64,000 nt of DNA from the NCBI RefSeq assembly GCF_009914755.1, contig NC_060933.1; one strand, written 5' to 3'. Position numbers and translations under genes: made by a program. Within the stretch, counting starts at the first letter, position 1; every line of letters starts with the position of its first letter. Origin of the DNA: the human T2T-CHM13v2.0 reference genome, Homo sapiens. The notes under the pieces are model-generated. The model had not been told where the DNA came from. It made no database searches and saw nothing but the letters and a program-made list of their open reading frames with translations. Below are positions 26,701 through 39,933 of the stretch, piece by piece.

Positions 26701-29700
26701 GTAGAATCTGCAGGTGGATATTCGGATAGCTTTGAAGGTTTCGTTGGAAACGGGAATATCTTCATATAAAATCTAGACGGAAGCATTCTCAGAAACTGCT
26801 TTGTGATGTTTTCATTCAAGTCACAGAGTAGAATGTTCCCTGTTATATACCAGGTTTGAGACACTCTTTCTGCACTACCTAGAAGTGGACATTTGGAGCG
26901 CTTTGAGGCCTATGATGAAAAAGGAAATATCTTCCCATAAAAACTAGACAGAAGCATTCTCAGAAACTTGTTTGTGATGTGTGTATTCAACTAACAGAGA
27001 TGAAACTTTCTTTTTACAGAGCAGTTTTGAAACACTCTTTTTGTGGAATCTGAAAGTGGATATTTGGATAGCTTTGAGGATTTCGTTGGAAACGGGATTA
27101 CATATAAAATCTAGAGAGAAGCATTCTCAGGAACTTCTTTGTGATGTTTGCATTCACGTCACAGAACTGAACATTCCCTTTCATAGAGCATGTTTGAAAC
27201 ACTCTTTCTGTAGTATCTGCAAACGGACATTTCAAACGCTTTCAGGCCTATGGTGAGAAAGGAAATATCTTCAAATAAAAACTAGACAGAAGCATTCTCA
27301 GAAACTTATTTGCGATGTGTGTCCTCAACTAACAGAGTTGAACCTTTCTTTTGATACAACATTTTGGAAACACTCTTTTTGTAGAATCTGCAAGTGGATA
27401 TTTGAATAGCTTTGAAGGTTTCGTTGGAAACGGGAATATCTTCATATAAAATCAAGACAGAAGCATTCTCAGAAACTTCTCTGTGATGTTTGCATTCAAC
27501 TCATAGAGTTGAACACTTCCCTTCATACAGCAGGTTTGAAACACTCTTTTTGTAATATTTGGAAGTGGACATTTGCAGCGCTTTGAGGCCTATGTTGAAA
27601 AAGGAAATATCTTCTCCTAAAAACCAGACAGAAGCATTCTCAGAAACTTCCTTGTGATGTGTGTACTCAAGTAACAGAGTTGAACCTTCCTTTTGACAGA
27701 GCAGTTTTGAAGCACTCTTTTTGTAGAATCTGCAAGTGGATATTTTGATACCTTTGAGGATTTCGTTGGACACGGGATATCTTCATATAAAATCTAGACA
27801 GAAGCATTCTCAGAAACTTCTTTGTGCTGTATGTCCTCAATTAACAGAGTTGAACCTTTGTGTGGATACAGCATTTTGGAAACATTCCTTTAGTAGAATC
27901 TGCAAGTTGATATTTAGATAGCTAGGAAGATTTCCTTGGAAACGGGAATATCTTCATATAAAATCTAGACGGAAGCATTCTCAGAAAGTGCTTTGTGATG
28001 TTTGCATTCAAGTCACAGAGTTGAATATTCCCTTTTATAGAGCAGGTTTGAAACACTCTTTCTGCACTACCTGGAAGTGGACATTTGGAGCGCTTTGAGG
28101 CCTATGTTGAAAAAGGAAATATCTTCCCATAAAAACTAGACAGAAGCATTCTCAGAAACTTGTTTGTGATGTGTGTATTCAACTAACAGAGATGAACCTT
28201 TCTTTTTACAGAGCAGTTTTGAAACACTCTTTTTGTGGAATCTGAAAGTGGATATTTGGATAGCTTTGAGGATTTCGTTGGAAACGGGATTACATATAAA
28301 ACCTAGAGAGAAGCATTCTCAGGAACTTCTTTGTGATGTTTGCATTCAAGTCACAGAACTGAACATTCCCTTTCATAGAGCAGGTTTGAAACACTCTTTC
28401 TGTAGTATCTGCAAGCTGACGTTTCAAGCGCTTTCAGGCCTATGGTGAGAAAGGAAATATCTTCAAGTAAAAACTAGACAGAAGCATTCTCAGAAACTTA
28501 TTTGCCATGTGTGTTCTCAACTAACAGAGTTGAACCTTTGTTTTGATACGGCATTTTGGAAACACTCTTTTTGTAGAATCTGCAGGTGGATATTCGGATA
28601 GCTTTGAAGGTTTCGTTGGAAACGGGAATATCTTCATATAAAATCTAGACGGAAGCATTCTCAGAAACTGCTTTGTGATGTTTTCATTCAAGTCACAGAG
28701 TAGAATGTTCCCTGTTATATACCAGGTTTGAGACACTCTTTCTGCACTACCTGGAAGTGGACGTTTGGAGCGCTTTGAGGCCTATGTTGAAAAAGGAAAT
28801 ATCTTCCCATAAAAACTAGACAGAAGCATTCTCAGAAACTTGTTTGTGATGTGTGTATTCAACTAACAGAGATGAACCTTTCTTTTTACAGAGCAGTTTT
28901 GAAACACTCTTTTTGTGGAATCTGAAAGTGGATATTTGGATAGCTTTGAGGATTTCGTTGGAAACGGGATTACATATAAAACCTAGAGAGAAGCATTCTC
29001 AGGAACTTCTTTGTGATGTTTGCATTCAAGTCACAGAACTGAACATTCCCTTTCATAGAGCAGGTTTGAAACACTCTTTCTGTAGTATCTGCAAGCTGAC
29101 GTTTCAAGCGCTTTCAGGCCTATGGTGAGAAAGGAAATATCTTCAAGTAAAAACTAGACAGAAGCATTCTCAGAAACTTATTTGCGATGTGTGTTCTCAA
29201 CTAACAGAGTTGAACCTTTGTTTTGATATGGCATTTTGGAAACACTCTTTTTGTAGAATCTGCAGGTGGATATTCGGATAGCTTTGAAGGTTTCATTGGA
29301 AACGGGAATATCTTCATATAAAATCTAGACGGAAGCATTCTCAGAAACTGCTTTGTGATGTTTTCATTCAAGTCACAGAGTAGAATGTTCCCTGTTATAT
29401 ACCAGGTTTGAGACACTCTTTCTGCACTACCTGGAAGTGGACATTTGCAGCGCTTTGAGGCCTATGATGAAAAAGGAAATATCTTCCCATAAAAACTAGA
29501 CAGAAGCATTCTCAGAAACTTGTTTGTGATGTGTGTATTCAACTAACAGAGATGAACCTTTCTTTTTACAGAGCAGTTTTGAAACACTCTTTTTGTGGAA
29601 TCTGAAAGTGGATATTTGGATAGCTTTGAGGATTTCGTTGGAAACGGGATTACATATAAAATCTAGAGAGAAGCATTCTCAGGAACTTCTTTGTGATGTT

Positions 29701-32700
29701 TGCATTCACGTCACAGAACTGAACATTCCCTTTCATAGAGCATGTTTGAAACTCTCTTTCTGTAGTATCTGCAAACGGACATTTCAAACGCTTTCAGGCC
29801 TATGGTGAGAAAGGAAATATCTTCAAATAAAAACTAGTCAGAAGCATTCTCAGAAACTTATTTGCGATGTGTGTCCTCAACTAACAGAGTTGAACCTTTC
29901 TTTTGATACAACATTTTGGAAACACTCTTTTTGTAGAATCTGCAAGTGGATATTTGAATAGCTTTGAAGGTTTCGTTGGAAACGGGAATATCTTCATATA
30001 AAATCAAGACAGAAGCATTCTCAGAAACTTCTCTGTGATGTTTGCATTCAACTCATAGAGTTGAACACTTCCCTTCATACAGCAGGTTTGAAACACTCTT
30101 TTTCTAATATTTGGAAGTGGACATTTGCAGCGCTTTGAGGCCTATGTTGAAAAAGGAAATATCTTCTCCTAAAAACCAGACAGAAGCATTCTCAGAAACT
30201 TCCTTGTGATGTGTGTACTCAAGTAACAGAGTTGAACCTTCCTTTTGACAGAGCAGTTTTGAAGCACTCTTTTTGTAGAATCTGCAAGTGGATATTTTGA
30301 TACCTTTGAGGATTTCGTTGGACACGGGATATCTTCATATAAAATCAAGACAGAAGCATTCTCAGAAACTTCTTTGTGCTGTATGTCCTCAATTAACAGA
30401 GTTGAACCATTGTGTGGATACAGCATTTCGGAAACATTCCTTTAGTAGAATCTGCAAGTTGATATTTAGATAGCTAGGAAGATTTCCTTGGAAACGGGAA
30501 TATCTTCATATAAAATCTAGACGGAAGCATTCTCAGAAAGTGCTTTGTGATGTTTGCATTCAAGTCACAGAGTTGAATATTCCCTTTTATAGAGTAGGTT
30601 TGAAACACTCTTTCTGCACTACCTGGAAGTGGACATTTGGAGCGCTTTGAGGCCTATGTTGAAAAAGGAAATATCTTCCCATAAAAACTAGACAGAAGCA
30701 TTCTCAGAAACTTGTTTGTGATGTGTGTATTCAACTAACAGAGATGAACCTTTCTTTTTACAGAGCAGTTTTGAAACACTCTTTTTGTGGAATCTGAAAG
30801 TGGATATTTGGATAGCTTTGAGGATTTCGTTGGAAACGGGATTACATATAAAACCTAGAGAGAAGCATTCTCAGGAACTTCTTTGTGATGTTTGCCTTCA
30901 AGTCACAGGACTGAACATTCCCTTTCATAGAGCAGGTTTGAAACACTCTTTGTGTAGTATCTGCAAGCTGACGTTTCATGCGCTTTCAGGCCTATGGTGA
31001 GAAAGGAAATATCTTCAAGTAAAAACTAGACAGAAGCATTCTCAGAAACTTATTTGCCATGTGTGTTCTCAACTAACAGAGTTGAACCTTTGTTTTGATA
31101 CGGCATTTTGGAAACACTCTTTTTGTAGGATCTGCAGGTCGATATTCGGATAGCTTTGAAGGTTTCGTTGGAAACGGGAATATCTTCATATAAAATCTAG
31201 ACGGAAGCATTCTCAGAAACTGCTTTGTGATGTTTTCATTCAAGTCACAGAGTAGAATGTTCCCTGTTATATACCAGGTTTGAGACACTCTTTCTGCACT
31301 ACCTGGAAGTGGACATTTGGAGCGCTTTGAGGCCTATGATGAAAAAGGAAATATCTTCCCATAAAAACTAGACAGAAGCATTCTCAGAAACTTGTTTGTG
31401 ATGTGTGTATTCAACTAACAGAGATGAACCTTTCTTTTTACAGAGCAGTTTTGAAACACTCTTTTTGTGGAATCTGAAAGTGGATATTTGGATAGCTTTG
31501 AGGATTTCGTTGGAAACGGGATTACATATAAAATCTAGAGAGAAGCATTCTCAGGAACTTCTTTGTGATGTTTGCATTCACGTCACAGAACTGAACATTC
31601 CCTTTCATAGAGCATGTTTGAAACACTCTTTCTGTAGTATCTGCAAACGGACATTTCAAACGCTTTCAGGCCTATGGTGAGAAAGGAAATATCTTCAAAT
31701 AAAAACTAGACAGAAGCATTCTCAGAAACTTATTTGCGATGTGTGTCCTCAACTAACAGAGTTGAACCTTTCTTTTGAGACAACATTTTGGAAACACTCT
31801 TTTTGTAGAATCTGCAAGTGGATATTTGGATAGCTTTGAAGGTTTCGTTGGAAACGGGAATATCTTCATATAAAATCAAGACAGAAGCATTCTCAGAAAC
31901 TTCTCTGTGATGTTTGCATTCAACTCATAGAGTTGAACACCTCCCTTCATACAGCAGGTTTGAAACACTCTTTTTGTAATATTTGGAAGTGGACATTTGC
32001 AGCGCTTTGAGGCCTATGATGAAAAAGGTAATATCTTCCCATAAAAACTAGACAGAAGCATTCTCAGAAACTTGTTTTTGATGTGTGTATTCAACTAACA
32101 GAGATGAACCTTTCTTTTTACAGAGCAGTTTTGAAACACTCTTTTTGTGGAATCTGAAAGTGGATATTTGGATAGCTTTGAGGATTTCGTTGGAAACGGG
32201 ATTACATATAAAACCTAGAGAGAAGCATTCTCAGGAACTTCTTTGTGATGTTTGCCTTCAAGTCACAGGACTGAACATTCCCTTTCATAGAGCAGGTTTG
32301 AAACACTCTTTCTGTAGTATCTGCAAGCTGACGTTTCAAGCGCTTTCAGGCCTATGGTGAGAAAGGAAATATCTTCAAGTAAAAACTAGACAGAAGCATT
32401 CTCAGAAACTTATTTGCCATGTGTGTTCTCAACTAACAGAGTTGGACCTTTGTTTTGATACGGCATTTTGGAAACACTCTTTTTGTAGAATCTGCAGGTG
32501 GATATTCGGATAGCTTTGAAGGTTTCGTTGGAAACGGGAATATCTTCATATAAAATCTAGACGGAAGCATTCTCAGAAACTGCTTTGTGATGTTTTCATT
32601 CAAGTCACAGAGTAGAATGTTCCCTGTTATATACCAGGTTTGAGACACTCTTTCTGCACTACCTGGAAGTGGACGTTTGGAGCGCTTTGAGGCCTATGTT

Positions 32701-35700
32701 GAAAAAGGAAATATCTTCCCATAAAAACTAGACAGAAGCATTCTCAGAAACTTGTTTGTGATGTGTGTATTCAACTAACAGAGATGAACCTTTCTTTTTA
32801 CAGAGCAGTTTTGAAACACTCTTTTTGTGGAATCTGAAAGTGGATATTTGGATAGCTTTGAGGATTTCGTTGGAAACGGGATTACATATAAAATCTAGAG
32901 AGAAGCATTCTCAGGAACTTCTTTGTGATGTTTGCATTCACGTCACAGAACTGAACATTCCCTTTCATAGAGCATGTTTGAAACACTCTTTCTGTAGTAT
33001 CTGCAAACGGACATTTCAAACGCTTTCAGGCCTATGGTGAGAAAGGAAATATCTTCAAATAAAAACTAGACAGAAGCATTCTCAGAAACTTATTTGCGAT
33101 GTGTGTCCTCAACTAACAGAGTTGAACCTTTCTTTTGATACAACATTTTGGAAACACTCTTTTTGTAGAATCTGCAAGTGGATATTTGGATCGCTTTGAA
33201 GGTTTCGTTGGAAACGGGAATATCTTCATATAAAATCAAGACAGAAGCATTCTCAGAAACTTCTCTGTGATGTTTGCATTCAACTCATAGAGTTGAACAC
33301 TTCCCTTCATACAGCAGGTTTGAAACACTCTTTTTCTAATATTTGGAAGTGGACATTTGCAGCGCTTTGAGGCCTATGTTGAAAAAGGAAATATCTTCTC
33401 CTAAAAACCAGACAGAAGCATTCTCAGAAACTTCCTTGTGATGTGTGTACTCAAGTAACAGAGTTGAACCTTCCTTTTGACAGAGCAGTTTTGAAGCACT
33501 CTTTTTGTAGAATCTGCAAGTGGATATTTTGATACCTTTGAGGATTTCGTTGGACACGGGATATCTTCATATAAAATCTAGACAGAAGCATTCTCAGAAA
33601 CTTCTTTGTGCTGTATGTCCTCAATTAACAGAGTTGAACCTTTGTGTGGATACAGCATTTTGGAAACATTCCTTTAGTAGAATCTGCAAGTTGATATTTA
33701 GATAGCTAGGAAGATTTCCTTGGAAACGGGAATATCTTCATATAAAATCTAGACGGAAGCATTCTCAGAAAGTGCTTTGTGATGTCTTCATTCAAGTCAC
33801 AGAGTAGAATGTTCCCTTTTATAGAGCAGGTTTGAAACACTCTTTCTGCACTACCTGGAAGTGGACATTTGGAGCGCTTTGAGACCTATGTTGAAAAAGG
33901 AAATATCTTCCCATAAAAACTAGACAGAAGCATTCTCAGAACCTTGTTTGTGATGTGTGTATTCAACTAACAGAGATGAACCTTTCTTTTTACAGAGCAG
34001 TTTTGAAACACTCTTTTTGTGGAATCTGAAAGTGGATATTTGGATAGCTTTGAGGATTTCGTTGGAAACGGGATTACATATAAAACCTAGAGAGAAGCAT
34101 TCTCAGGAACTTCTTTGAGATGTTTGCCTTCAAGTCACAGGACTGAACATTCCCTTTCATAGAGCAGGTTTGAAACACTCTTTCTGTAGTATCTGCAAGC
34201 TGACGTTTCAAGCGCTTTCAGGCCTATGGTGACAAAGGAAATATCTTCAAGTAAAAACTAGACGGAAGCATTCTCAGAAACTTATTTGCCATGTGTGTTC
34301 TCAACTAACAGAGTTGAACCTTTGTTTTGATATGGCATTTTGGAAACACTCTTTTTGTAGAATCTGCAGGTGGATATTCGGATAGCTTTGAAGGTTTCGT
34401 TGGAAACGGGAATATCTTCATATAAAATCTAGACGGAAGCATTCTCAGAAACTGCTTTGTGATGTTTTCATTCAAGTCACAGAGTAGAATGTTCCCTGTT
34501 ATATAACAGGTTTGAGACACTCTTTCTGCACTACCTGGAAGTGGACGTTTGGAGCGCTTTGAGGCCTATGTTGAAAAAGGAAATATCTTCCCATAAAAAC
34601 TAGACAGAAGCATTCTCAGAAACTTGTTTGTGATGTGTGTATTCAACTAACAGAGATGAACCTTTCTTTTTACAGAGCAGTTTTGAAACACTCTTTTTGT
34701 GGAATCTGAAAGTGGATATTTGGATAGCTTTGAGGATTCCCTTTCATAGAGCAGGTTTGAAACACTCTTTCTGTAGTATCTGCAAGCTGACGTTTCAAGC
34801 GCTTTCAGGCCTATGGTGAGAAAGGAAATATCTTCAAGTAAAAACTAGACAGAAGCATTCTCAGAAACTTATTTGCCATGTGTGTTCTCAACTAACAGAG
34901 TTGAACCTTTGTTTTGATATGGCATTTTGGAAACACTCTTTTTGTAGAATCTGCAGGTGGATATTCGGATAGCTTTGAAGGTTTCGTTGGAAACGGGAAT
35001 ATCTTCATATAAAATCTAGACGGAAGCATTCTCAGAAACTGCTTTGTGATGTTTTCCTTCAAGTCACAGAGTAGAATGTTCCCTGTTATATACCAGGTTT
35101 GAGACACTCTTTCTGCACTACCTGGAAGTGGACATTTGCAGCGCTTTGAGGCCTATGATGAAAAAGGAAATATCTTCCCATAAAAACTAGACAGAAGCAT
35201 TCTCAGAAACTTGTTTGTGATGTGTGTATTCAACTAACAGAGATGAACCTTTCTTTTTACAGAGCAGTTTTGAAACACTCTTTTTGTGGAGTCTGAAAGT
35301 GGATATTTGGATAGCTTTGAGGAATTCGTTGGAAACGGGATTACATATAAAATCTAGAGAGAAGCATTCTCAGGAACTTCTTTGTGATGTTTGCATTCAC
35401 GTCACAGAACTGAACATTCCCTTTCATAGAGCATGTTTGAAACACTCTTTCTGTAGTATCTGCAAACGGACATTTCAAACGCTTTCAGGCCTATGGTGAG
35501 AAAGGAAATATCTTCAAATAAAAACTAGACAGAAGCATTCTCAGAAACTTATTTGCGATGTGTGTCCTCAACTAACAGAGTTGAACCTTTCTTTTGATAC
35601 AACATTTTGGAAACACTCTTTTTGTAGAATCTGCAAGTGGATATTTGAATAGCTTTGAAGGTTTCGTTGGAAACGGGAATATCTTCATATAAAATCAAGA

Positions 35701-38700
35701 CAGAAGCATTCTCAGAAACTTCTCTGTGATGTTTGCATTCAACTCATAGAGTTGAACACTTCCCTTCATACAGCAGGCTTGAAACACTCTTTTTGTAATA
35801 TTTGGAAGTGGACATTTGCAGCGCTTTGAGGCCTATGATGAAAAAGGTAATATCTTCCCATAAAAACTAGACAGAAGCATTCTCAGAAACTTGTTTGTGA
35901 TGTGTGTATTCAACTAACAGAGATGAACCTTTCTTTTTACAGAGCAGTTTTGAAACACTCTTTTTGTGGAATCTGAAAGTGGATATTTGGATAGCTTTGC
36001 GGATTTCGTTGGAAACGGGATTACATATAAAATCTAGGGAGAAGCATTCTCAGGAACTTCTTTGTGATGTTTGCATTCAAGTCACAGAACTGAACATTCC
36101 CTTTCATAGAGCAGGTTTGAAACACTCTTTCTGTAGTATCTGCAAGCGGACGTTTTAAGCGCTTTCAGGCCTGTGGTGAGAAAGGAAATATCTTCAAATA
36201 AAAACTAGACAGAAGCATTCTCAGAAACTTATTTGCGATGTGTGTCCTCAACTAACAGAGTTGAACCTTTCTTTTGATACAACATTTTGGAAACACTCTT
36301 TTTGTAGAATCTGCAAGTGGATATTTGGATAGCTTTGAAGGTTTCGTTGGAAACGGGAATATCTTCATATGAAATCAAGACAGAAGCATTCTCAGAAACT
36401 TCTCTGTGATGTTTGCATTCAACTCATAGAGTTGAACACTTCCCTTCATACAGCAGGTTTGAAACACTCTTTTTCTAATATTTGGAAGTGGACATTTGCA
36501 GCGCTTTGAGGCCTATGTTGAAAAAGGAAATATCTTCTCCTAAAAACCAGACAGAAGCATTCTCAGAAACTTCCTTGTGATGTGTGTACTCAAGTAACAG
36601 AGTTGAACCTTCCTTTTGACAGAGCAGTTTTGAAGCACTCTTTTTGTAGAATCTGCAAGTGGATATTTTGATACCTTTGAGGATTTCGTTGGACACGGGA
36701 TATCTTCATATAAAATCTAGACAGAAGCATTCTCAGAAACTTCTTTGTGCTGTATGTCCTCAATTAACAGAGTTGAACCTTTGTGTGGATACAGCATTTT
36801 GGAAACATTCCTTTAGTAGAATCTGCAAGTTGATATTTAGATAGCTAGGAAGATTTCCTTGGAAACGGGAATATCTTCATATAAAATCTAGACGGAAGCA
36901 TTCTCAGAAAGTGCTTTGTGATGTTTGCATTCAAGTCACAGAGTTGAATATTCCCTTTTATAGAGCAGGTTTGAAACACTCTTTCTGCACTACCTGGAAG
37001 TGGACATTTGGAGCGCTTTGAGGCCTATGTTGAAAAACGAAATATCTTCCCATAAAAACTAGACAGAAGCATTCTCAGAAACTTGTTTGTGATGTGTGTA
37101 TTCAACTAACAGAGATGAACCTTTCTTTTTACAGAGCAGTTTTGAAACACTCTTTTTGTGGAATCTGAAAGTGGATATTTGGATAGCTTTGAGGATTTCG
37201 TTGGAAACGGGATTACATATAAAACCTAGAGAGAAGCATTCTCAGGAACTTCTTTGTGATGTTTGCCTTCAAGTCACAGGACTGAACATTCCCTTTCATA
37301 GAGCAGGTTTGAAACACTCTTTCTGTAGTATCTGCAAGCTGACGTTTCAAGCGCTTTCAGGCCTATGGTGAGAAAGGAAATATCTTCAAGTAAAAACTAG
37401 ACAGAAGCATTCTCAGAAACTTATTTGAGATGTGTGTTCTCAACTAACAGAGTTGAACCTTTGTTTTGATATGGCATTTTGGAAACACTCTTTTTGTAGA
37501 ATCTGCAGGTGGATATTCGGATAGCTTTGAAGGTTTCGTTGGAAACGGGAATATCTTCATATAAAATCTAGACGGAAGCATTCTCAGAAACTGCTTTGTG
37601 ATGTTTTCATTCAAGTCACAGAGTAGAATGTTCCCTGTTATATACCAGGTTAGAGACACTCTTTCTGCACTACCTGGAAGTGGACATTTGCAGCGCTTTG
37701 AGGCCTATGATGAAAAAGGAAATATCTTCCCATAAAAACTAGACAGAAGCATTCTCAGAAACTTGTTTGTGATGTGTGTATTCAACTAACAGAGATGAAC
37801 CTTTCTTTTTACAGAGCAGTTTTGAAACACTCTTTTTGTGGAATCTGAAAGTGGATATTTGGATAGCTTTGAGGATTTCGTTGGAAACGGGATTACATAT
37901 AAAATCTAGAGAGAAGCATTCTCAGGAACTTCTTTGTGATGTTTGCATTCACGTCACAGAACTGAACATTCCCTTTCATAGAGCATGTTTGAAACACTCT
38001 TTCTGTAGTATCTGCAAGCGGACGTTTTAAGCGCTTTCAGGCCTGTGGTTAGAAAGGAAATATCTTCAAATAAAAACTAGACAGAAGCATTCTCAGAAAC
38101 TTATTTGCGATGTGTGTCCTCAACTAACAGAGTTGAACCTTTCTTTTGATACAACATTTTGGAAACACTCTTTTTGTAGAATCTGCAAGTGGATATTTGG
38201 ATAGCTTTGAAGGTTTCGTTGGAAACGGGAATATCTTCATATGAAATCAAGACAGAAGCATTCTCAGAAACTTCTCTGTGATGTTTGCATTCAACTCATA
38301 GAGTTGAACACTTCCCTTCATACAGCAGGTTTGAAACACTCTTTTTCTAATATTTGGAAGTGGACATTTGCAGCGCTTTGAGGCCTATGTTGAAAAAGGA
38401 AATATCTTCTCCTAAAAACCAGACAGAAGCATTCTCAGAAACTTCCTTGTGATGTGTGTACTCAAGTAACAGAGTTGAACCTTCCTTTTGACAGAGCAGT
38501 TTTGAAGCACTCTTTTTGTAGAATCTGCAAGTGGATATTTTGATACCTTTGAGGATTTCGTTGGACACGGGATATCGTCATATAAAATCTAGACAGAAGC
38601 ATTCTCAGAAACTTCTTTGTTCTGTATGTCCTCAATTAACAGAGTTGAACCTTTGTGTGGATACAGGATTTTGGAAACATTCCTTTAGTAGAATCTGCAA

Positions 38701-39933
38701 GTTGATATTTAGATAGCTAGGAAGATTTCCTTGGAAACGGGAATATCTTCATATAAAATCTAGACGGAAGCATTCTCAGAAAGTGCTTTGTGATGTTTGC
38801 ATTCAAGTCACAGAGTTGAATATTCCCTTTTATAGAGCAGGTTTGAAACACTCTTTCTGCACTACCTGGAAGTGGACATTTGGAGCGCTTTGAGGCCTAT
38901 GTTGAAAAAGGAAATATCTTCCCATAAAAACTAGACAGAAGCATTCTCAGAAACTTGTTTGTGATGTGTGTATTCAACTAACAGAGATGAACCTTTCTTT
39001 TTACAGAGCAGTTTTGAAACACTCTTTTTGTGGAATCTGAAAGTGGATATTTGGATAGCTTTGCGGATTTCGTTGGAAACGGGATTACATATAAAACCTA
39101 GAGAGAAGCATTCTCAGGAACTTCTTTGTGATGTTTGCATTCAAGTCACAGAACTGAACATTCCCTTTCATAGAGCAGGTTTGAAACACTCTTTCTGTAG
39201 TATCTGCAAGCTGACGTTTCAAGCGCTTTCAGGCCTATGGTGAGAAAGGAAATATCTTCAAGTAAAAACTAGACAGAAGCATTCTCAGAAACTTATTTGC
39301 CATGTGTGTTCTCAACTAACAGAGTTGAACCTTTGTTTTGATATGGCATTTTGGAAACACTCTTTTTGTAGAATCTGCAGGTGGATATTCGGATAGCTTT
39401 GAAGGTTTCGTTGGAAACGGGAATATCTTCATATAAAATCTAGACGGAAGCATTCTCAGAAACTGCTTTGTGATGTTTTCATTCAAGTCACAGAGTAGAA
39501 TGTTCCCTGTTATATACCAGGTTTGAGACACTCTTTCTGCACTACCTGGAAGTGGACATTTGCAGCGCTTTGAGGCCTATGATGAAAAAGGAAATATCTT
39601 CCCATAAAAACTAGACAGAAGCATTCTCAGAAACTTGTTTTTGATGTGTGTATTCAACTAACAGAGATGAACCTTTCTTTTTACAGAGCAGTTTTGAAAC
39701 ACTCTTTTTGTGGAATCTGAAAGTGGATATTTGGATAGCTTTGAGGAATTCGTTGGAAACGGGATTACATATAAAATCTAGAGAGAAGCATTCTCAGGAA
39801 CTTCTTTGTGATGTTTGCATTCACGTCACAGAACTGAACATTCCCTTTCATAGAGCATGTTTGAAACACTCTTTCTGTAGTATCTGCAAACGGACATTTC
39901 AAACGCTTTCAGGCCTATGGTGAGAAAGGAAAT
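23800..39933 (+). repeat. Large intra-array duplication, copy 1 (offset 24,067 bp)
   Basis: ORF track and rare variants repeat at +24,067 (25109/49176, 25849/49916, 30169/54236, 34637/58704, 37444/61511, 39648/63715). The start is approximate. Confidence 0.93.
34610..35196 (+). repeat. 587-bp A block carrying a 93-bp deletion (CENP-B box lost)
   Basis: Spacing 34637 to 35224 is 587 bp (680-93). The junction reads TTTGAGG-ATT-CCCTTTCATAG, with ATT at 34736-34738. Confidence 0.95.

Noticed and set aside
34637-34819. The 93-bp deletion is in-frame (31 codons) in the ORF, resembling splicing or coding constraint
   Set aside because: There is a one-in-three chance of being in frame, there are no GT-AG boundaries, and ATT microhomology explains the junction.
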